The notes beneath the pieces are model-generated. The model saw only the letters and a program-made list of their open reading frames with translations, ran no database searches and was not told the DNA's origin. A stretch of DNA of 63,218 nucleotides, counting the filler, from Reticulomyxa filosa (lineage: Eukaryota; Protista; Foraminifera): NCBI GenBank assembly GCA_000512085.1. It is 17 parts of 17 records of this genome, joined end to end, with 100 filler letters (N's around TTAATTAATTAA, not from the genome) between each part and the next. Parts side by side here need not be neighbours in the genome. Positions count along the whole stretch, not along the records: positions 25,757 to 27,332 come from ASPP01038130.1; positions 27,433 to 35,517 come from ASPP01003266.1; positions 35,618 to 36,649 come from ASPP01039271.1; positions 36,750 to 38,791 come from ASPP01025534.1; 13 more parts are not named here. One strand, written 5' to 3'. Position 1 is the first letter of the stretch, and every line of letters starts with the position of its first letter. A program made the translations under genes and the position numbers. Shown here piece by piece: positions 26,552 through 38,791 of the stretch.

Positions 26552-27534
26552 TTGCCTTGTCTTAGATGATTAATATGATGCAAGAGTTAAACTTGGAACT
26601 TTTTTTTATCCTAAAGGGGCTTGTCAAACTGCTTTGATGATAGCAGATCAAAATTTTTGCTTTGCCATGTAATTTTTTTTAGTGTTAAAAGAAAGAAATA
26701 AGCCACCGAAAATATAATTTTACACAATTAGTGTGGTAAATTATAAATTTACCGATTATTTAAAAAGCCAAGAAAGTACTTTGTTATCACATTACATACC
26801 TTTTTTGTATTTTGTTTATTTTGTCGACTTTCCATTTTTTTTATGTTCCATTTACTTATTAATGTACTACTTCTCCAAAAAACTACGTGTTGATAAATAT
26901 TTTAGGTCATCAAAATAACGATTATTTCCAAATAAATTACAGTATAATTTTAAGACATCTAAAAATTAGAATTGAATTGCTATTTTCTCTAAACGCAATC
27001 AAATAAAAGATCAAAAGCCACTAATTATTAAACATTCAGTACTCGCCAGACAAATTAGTGTTTCATCTATTAATTTTTTATCTTAACTTTTAAATATTTT
27101 TGCAATATCTGAAAAAATATTTTGTTTAAATTATTAATTTTTTCTTAGCTGTTAATTAGGTGTAACATGTTATATATTAACTTCATTCAGATAAAATGAA
27201 ATTCCATTTTTAGAAACAAATAAATTATCAAATATCTTAAATGAATTGTGCAAAGATCAATTTGCATAATCTTAATAGATTTAAACATTTTCAATTTTTC
27301 AAAAAAACTGTGTTTGATTCAACATCACATTANNNNNNNNNNNNNNNNNNNNNNNNNNNNNNNNNNNNNNNNNNNNTTAATTAATTAANNNNNNNNNNNN
27401 NNNNNNNNNNNNNNNNNNNNNNNNNNNNNNNNTATATATATATATATATATGTATATAATTTGGCATATGCACTTGTGGATGTTACACCAACCCGAATTG
27501 TGCAATCAAATCACATAAATAAAACAAATGACAG

Positions 27535-30073
27535 GGAAAAGACAAAACCGATGTGAAGCCCCCTTCTCAAGATGATATTGCTTATGTCATGTATACTTCT
27601 GGAACAACTGGAAATCCCAAAGGAGGCATGCTTTTTCAACTTTCATTCCACCAAATATTTATTTATTTATTTGTTTTGGAATTTGCAAAAAAAAAAAAAC
27701 TCGACAAACATTTGCTTAATAAAACAATTTTTTATTTTGTTTGCATCTGTCTGTTGATTGAACCACATTCGATGTTGCTGACAGTTATGCTTCCTCATCG
27801 CGCTTTTGCGGCAATGTGTGCGACAGCCTTTCGAAAAGTGCAATGCAATCGCAATGACATTCATTTGTCGTATTTACCAATGGCACACAGTTTCTTTTTT
27901 TTTTTTTTTAAAAAAAATCATGACTTTTGTAAAATGATAAAATGTCTATTTCTCACAGTTTTCGAGTCGTTTGCGCAACAAGTGTTTCTATCCGCTGGCG
28001 CTAAAATCGCCTTTTTCCAAGGAGACATACGTGGACTGGGGAACGATTGGAAAGACATCCGTCCAACGATTTTAATCGGTTTGCAATTGCAATCTTTTTT
28101 TTATATCGATTATAATACATATATACAATACATATACACATACATATATATGTGTATGTATTTTATATACATGAGTATGTTTTGAGCAAGTAAGCTCTTG
28201 CACAATTTCAAATTCGAAAAAAAAAAAAAAAAAAATTGATGGGATAAGTTGAAAGTCAAAACAATCCAAACAAACAGGTGTCCCCCGAGTATTCGATAAA
28301 ACATATGCCAAGTTCAAAATGAAAGCACAATCCTTTGGAAAAGTGAAAAAATGGATGGTGGAAAAAGCAGAAGCGTCAAGCAGGACGGAAATTCGAAAAG
28401 GAAACCGATCCAAGTTTTTTGACAAAACTGTGTGGGACAATGTAGCGCCGGAGATTGGCTTTGATAAGGTAATCTTTTATTTTCTTCTCTTTCTCTCTCC
28501 TCCCCTTTTTTTTTTTTTTTGTTATTCCAAACGAGGGATGCAACGTATACAACTCAATGTTTTCCTTCTTTCCTTTCTTTGCTTCACTCAAATAAATTGA
28601 ATAATAGGTTCGTTTGGTTTTATCTGCCGGATCAGGTATGAATTAATTTTTTTTTTTTTTTTTTGCATTATTTGATACTCTTTTGGCATTCCTCAGAGCA
28701 CACATAAAAATGTGCAAATTCTCGTATCTTTATTTAATTATGTATATGCATATGATGTAAATAATATCTATTCTGTGTATGTGGTTTTTTCAAAATTGCA
28801 GCCTTACCTCCGCATTTACATGAATTTATGAAGATAATATTGCCAAAGGCAGAAATAATGCAAGGCTACGGCATGACCGAAAACTGTGCGGGATGTTTGA
28901 TCACTAATGTAGGAGATCCTATCCCCAACCATTGTGGTATCCCACTCGACAATACCGAAGTGCGCTTAATCGATGCAACCGAGTGTGGATATACTGTCAA
29001 AGATGATGTTCGTTAAAATCAAACAAACAAAAAAACACTTACATTTTTTTTTGGGATTATTTATTTATGCTTTTGTTTTTTTTTTTATCTGGACATGAAT
29101 TTTTTTTTTATGCGTTTTTTTTTTTTTTTTTGACGTACAAACTTTTTCTCGTCTTATGTTCAACCTAGCCATGTCCTCGTGGTGAAATTGTAATGCGTGG
29201 ACTGACACTTATGTCTGGCTATTTGAAAAGCCCGGAAAACGAAAGAGGCGATTGACGAAAAAGGCTGGCTTCACACCGGGGATATTGGACGTATCAACCC
29301 CAATGGAACCATTTCCATTATTGATCGCAGAAAGAACATGTTCAAGGTTAAACAAAATTTTACATCAACAAATACTTTTTTTTATTTTTTTAAAAAAAAA
29401 AAAAGCCAAACATTACAATGTTATGTGTTTTCTTTGCAGACTGCTCATGGCGAATACATAGCTGCAGAAAAAATTGAGAGCATTTACTCTAGGGCGGCGA
29501 CTGTAAGCCAATTTTTTGTGTATGGAAATCAATATAAATCATTTGTTATTGCAGTTGTGGTGCCCAATGCCCAAGTGATCGAAGATATCCTTAAAAAATC
29601 GGTACTGGGAAAAAAAAGTGTTTTTTTTGTTGAAACCAAAAACAATGGACGTTCAAATTTTTTTTTTTAAAAAAAGGGCGAATGGACAAAAAATGTGCGT
29701 TTTGGAACCGACGAATTCAGTGAATACTTTGTCGAGATTTGTGAAAAACATTTGGACAAGATTAAAGACATCATTTTTAAAGATATAAAAAACGAAGAAA
29801 AAGAGTTGAAGCCTTTTGAACATGTCAAAGACATTATCATTGAGTATCACATTGATCATCTCTCCCAAGGATTTAACGTTGAAAATGGCTGCTTAACTCC
29901 AACATCAAAGTTGAAACGACCGCAAATTACTCGAAAGTTACGCCAAAATTTGAAACAATTGCTAATTTGCAAAAAAATAAAAATTATTGCCTTTGTACAG
30001 ATACATTGAAGAGATCAAGAAATTATATGCGAAGAACGGAGAAGAACCGAAACACGAAGAACACTGGATTTGA
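27535..30073 (+). CDS. Long-chain fatty acyl-CoA synthetase (ACSL), 5' partial, about 10 exons
   Basis: YTSGTTGNPKG, SYLPMAHIFE, GVPRV, QGYGMTE, PRGEI, GWLHTGDIG, IIDRRKNMFK, GEYIAAEKIE, LTPTSKLKR. First visible intron is GC-AG (27626-27784). Homopolymer frameshift at ~29238. Confidence 0.93.
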
Positions 30074-30395
30074 AAAAATGTATAAAAATTGTTTTCCGTT
30101 GTTTGTTTTTGGCAAAGTTTGAAAACAACGAAACAAATACTTTGCTCAGTGCCTCTACTGGTAACCAAATTAGGAAAAAAAACAACTAAAATGGATAGCC
30201 AAAAAATGTAGTCGATTTTGCTTGATCTGATTAAAAACTTGTTAGCCAGTGTCATTCGGGTAAGACACATTACCATTCTAGTGATGATATTTTCATTTTG
30301 ACCGTGTTCACTCACCAAAGTAAAATTGAGAAACAAACTGTTGCAGTAATAAGTGTTAATTTGTAAGCTTTTCAAGGAGAAAAAAGCTTGCAAAA

Positions 30396-33300
30396 TTAAA
30401 TATCAGCCCCTCGCTGCTTCACAAGTAGCTCCTGTTGAGAGCCTAAGCCACGAACACCTTTCCAAAAGCTACCGATCATTGACAAACCACAATTTTGGGC
30501 ACCTCCTTGCCATTTGCATTTCACAGACGTATTCTTTGACTTTGTACTTTTACCAGCTGAACTCGTTACTGAAGAACCTGTGTCATTTGGACGATCCAAA
30601 TTGAAGCAGTTTGACACATCCCACAATCGGATTGTTTGATCATAAGATCCTGATACAATACTGTGCCCGTCTGGTGAAAATTGTGCTGCTGTTATGGCTC
30701 CAGAATGTCCTTCCAGTTTTTAATCTCCACTCCTGACTTTACATCCCACAATCGAACAGTGAAATCGCTTGATCCTGATACGATTTTGCGACCATCAGGT
30801 GAAAATTGTACATCAGTAACAACATTTGAATGTCCAGTCATTTTTTTAAAATTTTTCCAGACTGAACGTCCCACAAAATAATAGTTTCATCCCATGAGCC
30901 TGATGCAATTGTGCGACAATCAGGAGAAAATTGTGCTGCAGATACAATATTGGAATGGCCTTCAAACCTTTGAATCTCCTTTCCTGATGATACATCCCAC
31001 AATCGAATGGTTTTATCCCATGAGCAAGATAGAATCGTGCGACCATCTGATGAAAAATATGCCAATGTTACAATATCGGAATGCCCTTTGAATTTTTGTA
31101 GCTCTCTTCCGGATGCAACGTCCCACAGTCTCATAGTTTTGACGTTTGAACAAGATACTATGCTGCTGTTGTCTGGTGAAAAATGTATTGCTGTCACACC
31201 ACTGGAATGCCCTTCAAATCTTTTCACTTCTTTACCTGTTGTTACATCCCACAGGCGAATAGTTTTGTCATCCGAGCAGGATAGAATACTCTGTCCATTA
31301 GATGAAAACTGTATCCTTTTAACTTGTTGTGAATGGCCTTGCAATTTTTTAATCTCTGAACCTGAAATCGCATCCCATATTCGAATTGTTCTATCGTCTG
31401 AGCACGATGCAATTGTCCAGCCATCTGGAGAAAATTGAACTCCTGTTACATGGTTTGAATGCCCTAATGTTTCCACCTTTCTTTCTGTCTTCACATCCCA
31501 TATTCGAATTGTTTTATCATTTGAACATGATACTATTGTTCTGCCATTAGGCGAAAATTTTATCCCTCTGACCTGATCTGAATGTCCCTCAAACTTTTGG
31601 ATTTCTCTTTTTGATACTAAATCCCATATTTGTATTGTCGTATCATTAAGACAGGTAACAATTGTTCGGCCATCTGGTGAAAAATGAGTTTCTGCTAAAT
31701 TGTTTATTTGTCCCTCCAATTTTTGAATTTCTCGTCCTGTCGCTGCATCACATATATGGAGTGTTTTGTTATTCGAACAAAACAAAATGGTAGAGCCATC
31801 TGGCGAAAACTGTACATCTTTTAACATGTGTGAATGTCCATCAAAAGATTTCAATTCTTTTCCGGATGTCACATCCCATAAGCGAATTGTTTTGTCACTT
31901 GAACAAGATACAATTGTTCGACCATCAGGTGAAAATTGTACTGCTGTCACACCACTTGAATGTCCTTGAAACTTTTGTAGTTCTCGTCGCGACTTCACAT
32001 CCCACATGCGAATTGTTGTATCCAGTGAGGATGTCACGATGGCATGTCCATCTGGTGAAAAATGCGCTTGCGTCACAGCACTTGAATGTCCTTTCAATTT
32101 ATATATTTCTCGTCCCGCTTGCACATCCCATAATCGTATTGTCATGTCATCCGAGCACGAAACAACAGTGCGGCAGTCTGGTGAAAATTCTGCTTCTCTT
32201 ATAGCGCTGGAATGTCCTTCCAGTTTTTTGCTTGTCTTCCTGATAACACATCCCATATTCGAATAGTTCCATCGGTGGAATGTGATACAATAAATTTGCC
32301 ATCTGGTGAAAATTGTGCACCTGTTATCCAACCAGAATGTCCCAATAAAAACGGATATTCACCAAAATAAACACCGGTCATTGTTGCATTTTGAAAATTC
32401 GTTTTATTCAAAAATGCTTGAGCTAGACTAACACGCTCCAAATTTGCATTTGCAAACGTGGTTCCTTCAAGAAACGCATAATCTAATATTGCATGTGGAA
32501 TTTTGATGTCACTCCAATCTTTATAGTGCATGTTAACTTTTGCTGAATTCAAAACAGTGGCGGCATTGGCAGCTGCGATACAAGTTTGCTCATTTTTTTT
32601 AGAGGATTGAATTATTCGAAACAATCGGGATTGCAAATTTATAAAAAATGGATTTTTTTCGTGTACTCTTTCGGCAATGAAACGAATAATACCACTTTCT
32701 TCATTAAGCAGTTTGCAATTCATTGCAAGTTTGTGCGCATCTTTTTCAAAGTATTGTTGGAATTCATTATTGCTGAGAGTGTCAACAGTTCCATTAATTT
32801 CTGAATCAGATTTCCATGAAACAATGTCACGAATAATCTTTTGTGCAGCAAAATATTCCTGGCAAGATTTGTGTAAGAATGTGTATTGATTGTTACCAAT
32901 TCGTCGCAGTAAGTATTTTGTCACACTATCACCAGTGAAATATTTTTCCCAACAGTCAAATTTTTTTGATGCAATGACAGCATTGACAGCAATATCATTT
33001 GTTATCATTTCATTTCTTTTTGCAACAATGTGATTTTCTTTTAGTTCCATTTGTGGATCTGGTTTGGTAATAAGTGTTTCATTTTCATTCATTGTTTCGT
33101 TTTCAATTGCTATTTGATTTCCTTGCAAAAACATGTCAAATGCTAATTCTTCACAGTACTTTCGAAATGATTGTTTCATTTTTTTAGGGTTTGTTTGGAT
33201 TCGTAGTTCTGTCAATTTTGTGCAAATGGTTTCAATGTGAACATCTAACCATTGTTCAATGAAAACCTCATACACTTGTGCCCTGGAAATATTGGCTCCT

Positions 33301-35400
33301 ACATGATGTTGCTTTATCAAGATTGGCAACGCACTCAAAATAAGTCGAAGGAGAAATGGCTCTTGCACCATTTTATGTAGATTTGGATATTTCCTTAACG
33401 TTTGTTCATATTGCCGTGGGGTCCAATTTTCACGCTTCTTATTTCGTTTTTGAATTTTTACAAATTTTTCAATATAAAGACCCATTTGTTGGTTTGAAAA
33501 AGGCCACAAATGTATGACAGTGGTTCTGACATATTGACTTGAGCCTATTAGCGTGGCTTTTATTTCATCTTCGTCCAACACATTACTCCGACAAGTGAGA
33601 AGTACTTTTGCATTCCATTGGTTCAAGTTGAAGCGATCAAAAAAGTGTTTGTCCGTTGTCTTTTTATTGTAAGCATCAAACACCTCATCAAATCCATCCA
33701 TAATAAATACAAAGGGGATATCCTCACGAATTGTATCGACCATTTCCATTTGAATGCGTTTCATTTGCAAAGCCTGGCTAATTATTTCTTGTTCATCCAA
33801 TTGACTGTAGCATTTCGGCAATGATATATAAACAGGCATCACATGTACAGAACCATTCGCATAACCTCTCCACAGTGTCTCCTCTAAATAGCGACAAAAT
33901 AAACTTTTCCCTGACCCAGAAATACCTTGCATGACCAACACTTCTGTTTGATCACTCTTGTTTTCCAAAAATTCCATGACATGCTGATGACAATCAAATC
34001 CACAGTCTTTGTTATCGTTGTCAGTATACGGATAATGATTTGCTTGCAATGGAATATATGTGTCAAGAGCCTGCGCCATAGCAATATCTTCTTCCACTTC
34101 TTGAACGCGTGAAGTTTGCAAAATCAATGACACGTCATGACGTGTCGCAGGATTTTGCTCGCCAATGATATGTTTTTTGTAAAACTCAAACAAAACCACG
34201 TGAATTGCTTTTCCTTTCATTTTTTCAGGAGCAAAGTTGCAAAGTTGGTCATATGCAAATTTTGTCATTTGCAAAGATTTGCTATTAGCAATTTCCATTG
34301 GATCTTTTTGACGTAATTGTGGTGGTCTCAATACTCCAACTTCGACATGCGATTTGTAACGATTTGCAATTTTTTGTATTTCCTTTTCATCAATCCACTC
34401 ACAAATGATGTCATTGATTCTAATCAAAGCCTCATCGCTGGCGTATTTCAATTGTTGCTCTTGTTGTTTTTGTTGGGATTGGTCCGGTCTCCAGGCTCTC
34501 ACAATTTCATACAACAAATGACTTAATTTTGGATTTTCAATGACAGCATATCCTTCCAAAGTAGTGAAATGTTTCAATGTTGCTTGCATTTCAATATAAA
34601 CATCATGTTTTGGAACATACAATTTAATATTGTGAAACCGATGATGTGTTTTTGACTGCTTGTCAAAAAAGTTTTTATCTTCAGACACAATGAGATTAAA
34701 CTGCTCTGCTTTTTTCATGACCGCAACTGCAGTTTGCAGTTTGGTTGGATTATCACATAAAATAGTAAATCTTCCAATATCAAAAGCTTGATTAAAATCA
34801 CCATCATAATCTGCTCGAATCTTTTCTGACAACCGTTGGTTGTCTTTCAATTTGGGCGGCTTCACCACTGTAATTTCATATTTTTCCAATTCAATTATCA
34901 AATTCTTCATTTCCAAACTCGCCATTGCATTTTCACTTTTATCTCTCAGGTTTTCCAAACTTGTTGCATGCTGTCTAATCTTTCGGGCTTTCAACTCATA
35001 CGAAATTCCAGGACGGATGAAGTACAAACATTGATAGTGATTGTCTTGCACAAGCAGACCATCATCACTGGCAGATATCGAATGCTCTGAATTATAAAAC
35101 ACTGCCTTTGCTATCGACTCGACTGTCGGCTTGTTGCAATCCGGGCAAGGGAATGCCGTTTTATTCGACACAAATGCGACATTTGCAAATCCGAGATTCA
35201 CCCACACCAACAACTTTGCTTTGGAAGCCAGGCAATCCACATTGCTACAATTGCCTTGCAAATTAATCCCTGCTTGAATTTCACCAATTTCTGCCAGCTC
35301 ACTTTCCTTTCTTAAGCGGCTGAGCTTCACTTTATTTTCTGTCTTTGCACGGTCAGATCTCTCCTGCTTTAAAAATTGTTCATTCGTGATTTGCACATTT
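30396..35400 (-). CDS. NLR-like STAND protein: Cys-rich domain + RelA/SpoT-like nucleotidyltransferase + NACHT + pentapeptide repeats + 14 WD40 repeats; 5' partial
   Basis: Walker A GISGSGKS (~33903-33926), Walker [31 protein letters not shown]; pentapeptide [20 protein letters not shown]; 14 GH..FSPDG..WD repeats; C-terminus [20 protein letters not shown]. Three 1-nt frameshifts in A-runs (~32226, ~30845, ~30720). Confidence 0.88.
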
Positions 35401-35402
35401 CT

Positions 35403-35404
35403 CA

Positions 35405-35437
<33 letters not shown>

Positions 35438-35517
35438 TGTACATATATACATATATGTATATGTACATATATAATTATATATATTATATATATTATATAT
35501 ATTATATATATTATATA
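35403..35517. repeat. (TA)n / TATG / TATATAT microsatellite, intronic
   Basis: Direct reading; it produces the spurious MYIYIY start of the 1089-aa ORF. Confidence 0.85.
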
Positions 35518-35617
35518 NNNNNNNNNNNNNNNNNNNNNNNNNNNNNNNNNNNNNNNNNNNNTTAATTAATTAANNNNNNNNNNNNNNNNNNNNNNNNNNN
35601 NNNNNNNNNNNNNNNNN

Positions 35618-36183
35618 CTTTGAAATCCCAAAAACGAATTGTATTGTTATTTAATGAAGAGCAAATAACATTACGATGATAATTATGATAATGGTATGGT
35701 GAAAATTTTACACCATATGCCCAGTCTGGATATGTGTTTAATGATTGAATTTGTTTGTTGGTTTCAACATCCCACATACGAATTGTTTTATCAAGTGATC
35801 CAGAGCAAATGATTTGACTATCATCAAATGTTGAAAAATCGATACTGTACACATAACTGGTATGTCCAGTGAATGTATTGAGTAATTTTGATGATGAACA
35901 AAATATGTCAAACATGAAAAAATTGCTTGCCTATGAAAACAATTTTATAAATTAATATTTGTCATTGAATAAAACCAAAGTAAACTTAACATATTTAACA
36001 ACAAGTCTGTTGAAATCATTGATCCATCCTAATCTAATGTTTAATATTCGAACCCAATGTTGAATAATTTGTTGGATCTCTTCCTCTAATTAATTCAATC
36101 ACAAATACAACTCACATAAAGATAATCAGCTTCCAGAAAGATTAAAGACTCTTACCAATGACAGTTGCTTTAGGAGTAGTCAT
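35618..36183 (-). CDS. WD40-repeat protein, paralog of 25757-26551, 3' partial
   Basis: Same exon layout: MTTPKATVI / EEIQQIIQHWVRILNIRLGWINDFNRLVVKY / FFMFDIFCSSSKLLNTFTGHTSYVYSIDFS.. Confidence 0.87.
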
Positions 36184-36749
36184 TCTTTTAATTTTTTTTT
36201 TTTCTTTTGGGTTCTTTTTAGATGATATGAAAAATTTTAAACTATTTTATCTCAAAATCAATGAAGGGGTTATCAAAAAAATTTTGACGGAAAAGCTTTG
36301 TAATGCATTCTTTTTTAGTTCTAGCCGTTAGTTATTATAAACAAAAAAAATTTAAAACTGTGCAAACATAATTGCAATAAATTAGTTCAATAATATGTTT
36401 TCATGAATTAATTTGAAATAGTTGAATAAGTTTGTACAATTCTTTTTCAAATTGCTTTATCGTATACGAAGATGGGATGATGTTTCCCGAAAATAAAACA
36501 TTAAGGATTCTCAATCTTCTTTTGAATTAAACATAGTCTTTAAAAAATTGAACATGTTTGCAGCTATCATTCTAAAAAAAATTATGAGAATTAATAATCT
36601 ATTTGTTTGTAAAAATGCATTATGTCATATGTTCATTTGTCTTTTTATCNNNNNNNNNNNNNNNNNNNNNNNNNNNNNNNNNNNNNNNNNNNNTTAATTA
36701 ATTAANNNNNNNNNNNNNNNNNNNNNNNNNNNNNNNNNNNNNNNNNNNN

Positions 36750-38074
36750 CCCTTTTATTTTCCTCAATCGTTAAAAAAAAAAAAAAAAAAAAAAGAAAAC
36801 AAAACTCCTTTTTGGGCTTTATATTTTTTCATTTGTTCGTAATACTCGATTTTTTTATTACGCAAAGTGTTTTTATGATAGCACCATACTAAATAAAAGA
36901 TTTGCATCGGGATGCCTTTTTTATCTTCCATCAAATGGATTAGACTTTCTTCCAGACTTTGCATCAGCTTCTCATAGACCACACTGCCGCTGTATTTCTT
37001 CAAATACTCGTCAAATGTGTTCAAAATATTTTGGTACTCTTGCCATTCCTCGCTCGCACTATACACCTCTTTCCATTCCTTGCTTATGTAATCATTTGCC
37101 ATCGCATACCCAAGCAATGCGTCCACACAGTCTTGCTGTTGATAAATGCTCGCAATGTCCAATGCCGTATACCCATTGTTCTTCGTGCGAATCCACACAT
37201 CCACATTGACAAAGTTTGTCAACACAAACCGCAACACCAATATATTTGCACTTTCGGCATTGCACAACATATGTATCAACGTCATACCTTTTTTTTTTTC
37301 CAAGTTTTTTTTTTTTTTAAAATTGTACGTATATCTCACCTTCCCCTCCCCCAAATTATGTTTTAGGGACTAAAAAAAAAAAAAAGAAATGACAAGACAC
37401 AAAAAAACAAAAACAAACAAACCATCTTCTTCCATATTTCGATAGTTAATATCATACTCTTTTCCAAAGACAGAAAGGTATCCCATCGCTTTTGTGGCTT
37501 GTGATTTTTTACAAAATTTGGTCACGTTGGACCACACGGTTTGATGCTTTTGCTCAATGTTCTTGCACTTGGCCATTTCTGCGTTCGCTTGTTTGATTTC
37601 GGTCGCGTTGAGATATTGCTCGAAATCATTAACGGTCACGTTCACACCTGCTCCGGTCGCCGTTGACGCGTTATTGGCAGTGGACTTGCCATCGTCTGAT
37701 TTGTTGTCCGTTTTTGCGCCGCCTCCGCCTCCGCCTCCTGCTGGGCTTAGCAAATTGGTACGGAAACGAATGTTTTGCTCATCTTTACGCTTGTTGTCAA
37801 CGCTTCCGAATAACTCCTCGGTGCTTCCAAACGATAAGGACAAAGCCAATGATGGCCGTGCTACTGCTTGATTGGCACGCTTTTCCAACACCTTTATTCG
37901 CGTTTTCAATTGTTTATTCTCTTCTTCCACTTTCGATATTACATCGATCAATCCTTTAATCGTATCTTGCATTGCCGCTAACGCCAAAGACACCCCCTTT
38001 GCTTGCTCACTAACTTGTGGTAACTCTTGTTCTTTTGCTCCCTCTTCTGGGATTACTTCAACTTTTGTTGCCAT
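36750..38074 (-). CDS. Ankyrin-repeat protein with N-terminal coiled coil, 3' partial
   Basis: Heptad-rich ISKVEEENKQLKTRIKVLEKR; DINYRNMEEDG/MTLIHMLC and NGYTALDIASIYQQQDCVDALL ankyrin-like repeats. Confidence 0.65.
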
Positions 38075-38664
38075 TTTTCTGCTAATATTGTTTTGCTATT
38101 AACTTGCCGATGAACAAAATTTTTGGATATTAATAATCACAAAAAATTTAAACTTAAAAAGAATCCTTTGTAGATCAAACATTTAGTCTTTTACCTTCCC
38201 CACTTTTGTTCTTTGTCTGGAGTTGTTTCTTTCCTTCTTTCGGTTCTCTACTTGATACTCTCACTGTGCTAAGTCCGATTGTCTATAATATGTGTTATAA
38301 ATGTGGCATAAACAAAGAGAAAGAAGTTATTGTGGTGGAAAATAGGAATGCGTAGAATACAAAAATAGCGTAAATACCACGAATACAATGTTCAAGCAAA
38401 ATATATTCGACAAAATAAGCAGTGGCTCCGTTCATTATAACACGGCTAAACTCAAACACGTAAACAAATGGCCAGTTAGATTTCGTAACTACACAAATCA
38501 TCAAATGTGCAATCAAGAGTGATGAAAAAACAGTTATTAATGAAAATAACGATAATCGAAAAATACTAACAAAATGAAAACAATTAAAATCAAAGAAAAA
38601 AGAAATAAAATCTTGTTTTTTTTGCCAACGTCCAAATAAATGCACTTGCACATTACAAAAAATA

Positions 38665-38791
38665 CAGTAGGTTGCAAAGAAAACTGAACGCCTAAAACAT
38701 ATCTTATGATGATAATTGATTTTCTCAATGAAAAATCAACATTTAGACCTAATTTTTTTTTTTAAAATATCTACTTAAATATGATATTGAT
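38665..38791 (+). mobile_element. Tc1/mariner-like terminal repeat, copy 1
   Basis: TA|CAGTAGGTTGCAAAGAAAACTGAACGCCTAAAACATATC..; ~70 bp near-identical to 52730-52800. Confidence 0.7.

Noticed and set aside
30710-32235. Programmed frameshifting at the A-runs in the WD40 array
   Set aside because: Each site lacks one A in a homopolymer, and the same lesion type occurs in ACSL, the PH gene and TTLL; sequencing error is the simpler explanation.
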